Below the pieces are notes generated by a model. That model was not told the origin of the DNA. It saw only the letters and a list, made by a program, of their open reading frames with translations, and did not search any database. Made by a program: the position numbers and the translations under genes. From Eledone cirrhosa (Eukaryota), in NCBI GenBank assembly GCA_964016885.1, contig OZ024743.1, forward strand, positions 77,438,001-77,502,000: 64,000 nt of DNA, written 5' to 3'. Of this stretch, positions 60,858 through 64,000 are shown piece after piece; position 1 is the stretch's first letter, and each line of letters begins with the position of its first letter.

Positions 60858-63177
60858 ACACTGTAAAGTGGTCGTATTGGTGACATGACAAAAAACACCT
60901 AGTCCACACTGTAAAGTGGTTATGTAGGAGTCATGACAAAAAGCACCCAGTCCACTCTGTAAAGTGGTCATGTAGGTGTCATGACAAAAAGCACCCAGTC
61001 CACTCTGTAAAGTGGTTATGTAGGTGTCATGACAAAAAACACCCAGTCCACACTGTAAAGTGGTTATGTAGGTGTCATGACAAAAAACACCCAGTTCACA
61101 CTGTGAAGTGGTTATGTAGGTGTCATGACAAAAAGCACCCAGTTCACTCTGTAAAGTGGTCATGTAGGTGTCATGACAAAAAACACCCAGTCCACACTGT
61201 AAAGTGGTTATGTAGGTGTCATGACAAAAAGCACCCAGTCCACTCTGTAAAGTGGTTATGTAGGAGTCATGACAAAAAGCACCCAGTCCACACTGTAAAG
61301 TGGTCATGTAGGTGTCATGACAAAAAGCACCCAGTCCACTCTGTAAAGTGGTTATGTAGGTGTCATGACAAAAAACACCCAGTCCACACTGTAAAGTGGT
61401 TATGTAGGTGTCGTGACAAAAAGCACCCAGTCCACACTGTAAAGTGGTTATGTAGGAGTCATGACAAAAAGCACCCAGTCCACACTGTAAAGTGGTTATG
61501 TAGGTGTCACGACAAAAAGCACCCAGTCCACTCTGTAAAGTGGTTATGTAGGTGTCACGACAAAAAGCACCCAGTCCACACTGTAAAGTGGTTATGTAGG
61601 AGTCATGACAAAAAGCACCCAGTCCACACTGTAAAGTGGTTATGTAGGTGTCACGACAAAAAGCACCCAGTCCACACTGTAAAGTGGTTATGTAGGTGTC
61701 ACGACAAAAAGCACCCAGTCCACTCTGTAAAGTGGTTATGTAGGTGTCACGACAAAAAGCACCCAGTCCACACTGTAAAGTGGTTATGTAGGAGTCACGA
61801 CAAAAAGCACCCAGTCCACACTGTAAAGTGGTTATGTAGGTGTCACGACAAAAAGCACCCAGTCCACTCTGTAAAGTGGTTATGTAGGTGTCACGACAAA
61901 AAGCACCCAGTCCACACTGTAAAGTGGTTATGTAGGAGTCATGACAAAAAGCACCCAGTCCACTCTGTAAAGTGGTCATGTAGGTGTCATGACAAAAAGC
62001 ACCCAGTCCACTCTGTAAAGTGGTTATGTAGGTGTCATGACAAAAAACACCCAGTCCACACTGTAAAGTGGTTATGTAGGTGTCATGACAAAAAACACCC
62101 AGTTCACACTGTGAAGTGGTTATGTAGGTGTCATGACAAAAAGCACCCAGTTCACTCTGTAAAGTGGTCATGTAGGTGTCATGACAAAAAACACCCAGTC
62201 CACACTGTAAAGTGGTTATGTAGGTGTCATGACAAAAAGCACCCAGTCCACTCTGTAAAGTGGTTATGTAGGAGTCATGACAAAAAGCACCCAGTCCACA
62301 CTGTAAAGTGGTCATGTAGGTGTCATGACAAAAAGCACCCAGTCCACTCTGTAAAGTGGTTATGTAGGTGTCATGACAAAAAACACCCAGTCCACACTGT
62401 AAAGTGGTTATGTAGGTGTCGTGACAAAAAGCACCCAGTCCACACTGTAAAGTGGTTATGTAGGAGTCATGACAAAAAGCACCCAGTCCACACTGTAAAG
62501 TGGTTATGTAGGTGTCACGACAAAAAGCACCCAGTCCACTCTGTAAAGTGGTTATGTAGGTGTCACGACAAAAAGCACCCAGTCCACACTGTTAAGTGGT
62601 TATGTAGGAGTCATGACAAAAAGCACCCAGTCCACACTGTAAAGTGGTTATGTAGGTGTCACGACAAAAAGCACCCAGTCCACACTGTAAAGTGGTTATG
62701 TAGGTGTCACGACAAAAAGCACCCAGTCCACTCTGTAAAGTGGTTATGTAGGTGTCACGACAAAAAGCACCCAGTCCACACTGTAAAGTGGTTATGTAGG
62801 AGTCATGACAAAAAGCACCCAGTCCACACTGTAAAGTGGTTATGTAGGTGTCACGACAAAAAGCACCCAGTCCACTCTGTAAAGTGGTTATGTAGGTGTC
62901 ACAACAAAAAGCACCCAGTCCACACTGTAAAGTGGTTATGTAGGTGTCGTGACAAAAAGCACCCAGTCCACACTGTAAAGTGGTTATGTAGGAGTCATGA
63001 CAAAAAGCACCCAGTCCACACTGTAAAGTGGTTATGTAGGTGTCACGACAAAAAGCACCCAGTCCACACTGTAAAGTGGTTATGTAGGTGTCACGACAAA
63101 AAGCACCCAGTCCACTCTGTAAAGTGGTTATGTAGGTGTCATGACAAAAAGCACCCAGTCCACACTGTAAAGTGGTT
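60858..63177. repeat. 48-bp satellite, ~48 copies, with a 1008-bp (21-monomer) higher-order duplication
   Basis: Unit GACAAAAAGCACCCAGTCCACACTGTAAAGTGGTTATGTAGGTGTCAT; the rare CTGTGAAG variant occurs at 61101 and 62109 (1008 = 21 x 48). Confidence 0.97.
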
Positions 63178-63667
63178 GAGTTGGTGACAGAAATTAAGTT
63201 TCTTTGGTTTGATCTAATGGTGGTCTTCTTACTTTAGCATAGAAAAACTTCCTCAATAAAAATAAAAGTTTAAAAAATGTCTCGTCTAATCCATGCCAAT
63301 ATGGAAAAGTGGATTGGATATAAAAAATTAAGGTTATGATGCCAAATGTCTTTTCCCTTGTTCAGCATTGGATAGAGAATTTTTTTGTCAAAGAGTTGAT
63401 AAAATCTGATTTGAAATTAAAAACAAAAATAAATTAAATTTATGCTTTTGCCGTTTTGTCTGAGGGGCACAGCCTCAATACAGCAACACCCTAGGCCCAG
63501 AGCCCATCACCCTCTCCCTTCCCTCTTCTTTCCCTTCTTTTCCATTTTCATAACCACAAAAGACACTTGAATATTCAATGTAAATCTGTGTTGTGTATTG
63601 AGTACTGTTTTTATTTGCTTATATATGTTCAATATTTGAATAAACCTTAAATTATATTTTTGTCTAG

Positions 63668-63743
63668 AAATTTAAAAAGCAGTGAATGGATTGACCTGGA
63701 CCATTTGAAACAAATGGTTTTAGAAAATCTTACTATCATCGAT
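63668..63743 (+). CDS. MRPS9: MRPS9 exon 8 (LNLKSSEWIDLDHLKQMVLENLTIID); gene continues beyond the window
   Basis: TTTTTGTCTAG acceptor and GAT|GTAAGT donor, phase 2/0; S.W....L..M..E.L...D pattern as recalled for MRPS9. Confidence 0.88.
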
Positions 63744-63847
63744 GTAAGTATAACTTACGTAGTATTATTTTACCGGTTTCAGTCATTAAACAGTGGTCAT
63801 GCTGGGGCACCATTGCTTGGTGCCCCAAAGATTTTGTTTGACCATGA

Positions 63848-64000
63848 AGGTGTGTGGCTTTGTGGTAAGTGTGTTAGACTTACGATCATAGTGTTGTGGG
63901 TTTGATTCCTGGACTGGTTTGTGTGTACATTTCACATTGCTCCAGTCTACTCAGCTGAAAATAAGTACCAGCAATAGCTAGGGGTTTAACCCTGCAATGG
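63848..64000 (+). mobile_element. SINE family A, running off the window end
   Basis: Matches 1500-1670. Confidence 0.75.

Noticed and set aside
60819-63187. 694-aa and 498-aa Cys/His-rich ORFs as metal-binding proteins
   Set aside because: Pure translations of a 48-bp satellite inside an intron; no unique sequence or splice context.

Overview
Eukaryotic, AT-rich, repeat-dense animal DNA. The repeat types (RTE LINEs with (GAT)n tails, tRNA-derived SINEs, abundant (TA)n) suggest a mollusc, most likely a coleoid cephalopod such as an octopus; this is inference. Two host genes are visible, both on the + strand. (1) The probable last coding exon of an unidentified gene (4482-4810), followed by ~12 kb of U-rich, nearly transposon-free sequence that ends in a poly(A) signal plus a GU-rich element near 16990, a candidate very long 3' UTR. 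(2) Eight phase-consistent GT-AG exons of mitochondrial ribosomal protein S9 (MRPS9, 31321 to beyond 63743); the gene continues past the window. The rest is mobile DNA and tandem repeats: several RTE LINEs whose ORF carries a PHD-type C4HC3 finger right after the RT core, a CR1/L2-type fragment, two CRE-like fragments, a defective DD37D (maT) transposon, piggyBac-, hAT- and Tc1-like MITEs, SINEs, a Penelope-type minimal hammerhead ribozyme, and eight mini/satellites, two clearly and one probably grown from retroelement 3' UTR motifs. Inverted repeats are unusually dense and often anchored on (TA)n. No prokaryotic system or CRISPR array is present, and the long repetitive ORFs are satellite artefacts. 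Repeat boundaries were read by eye and are approximate.
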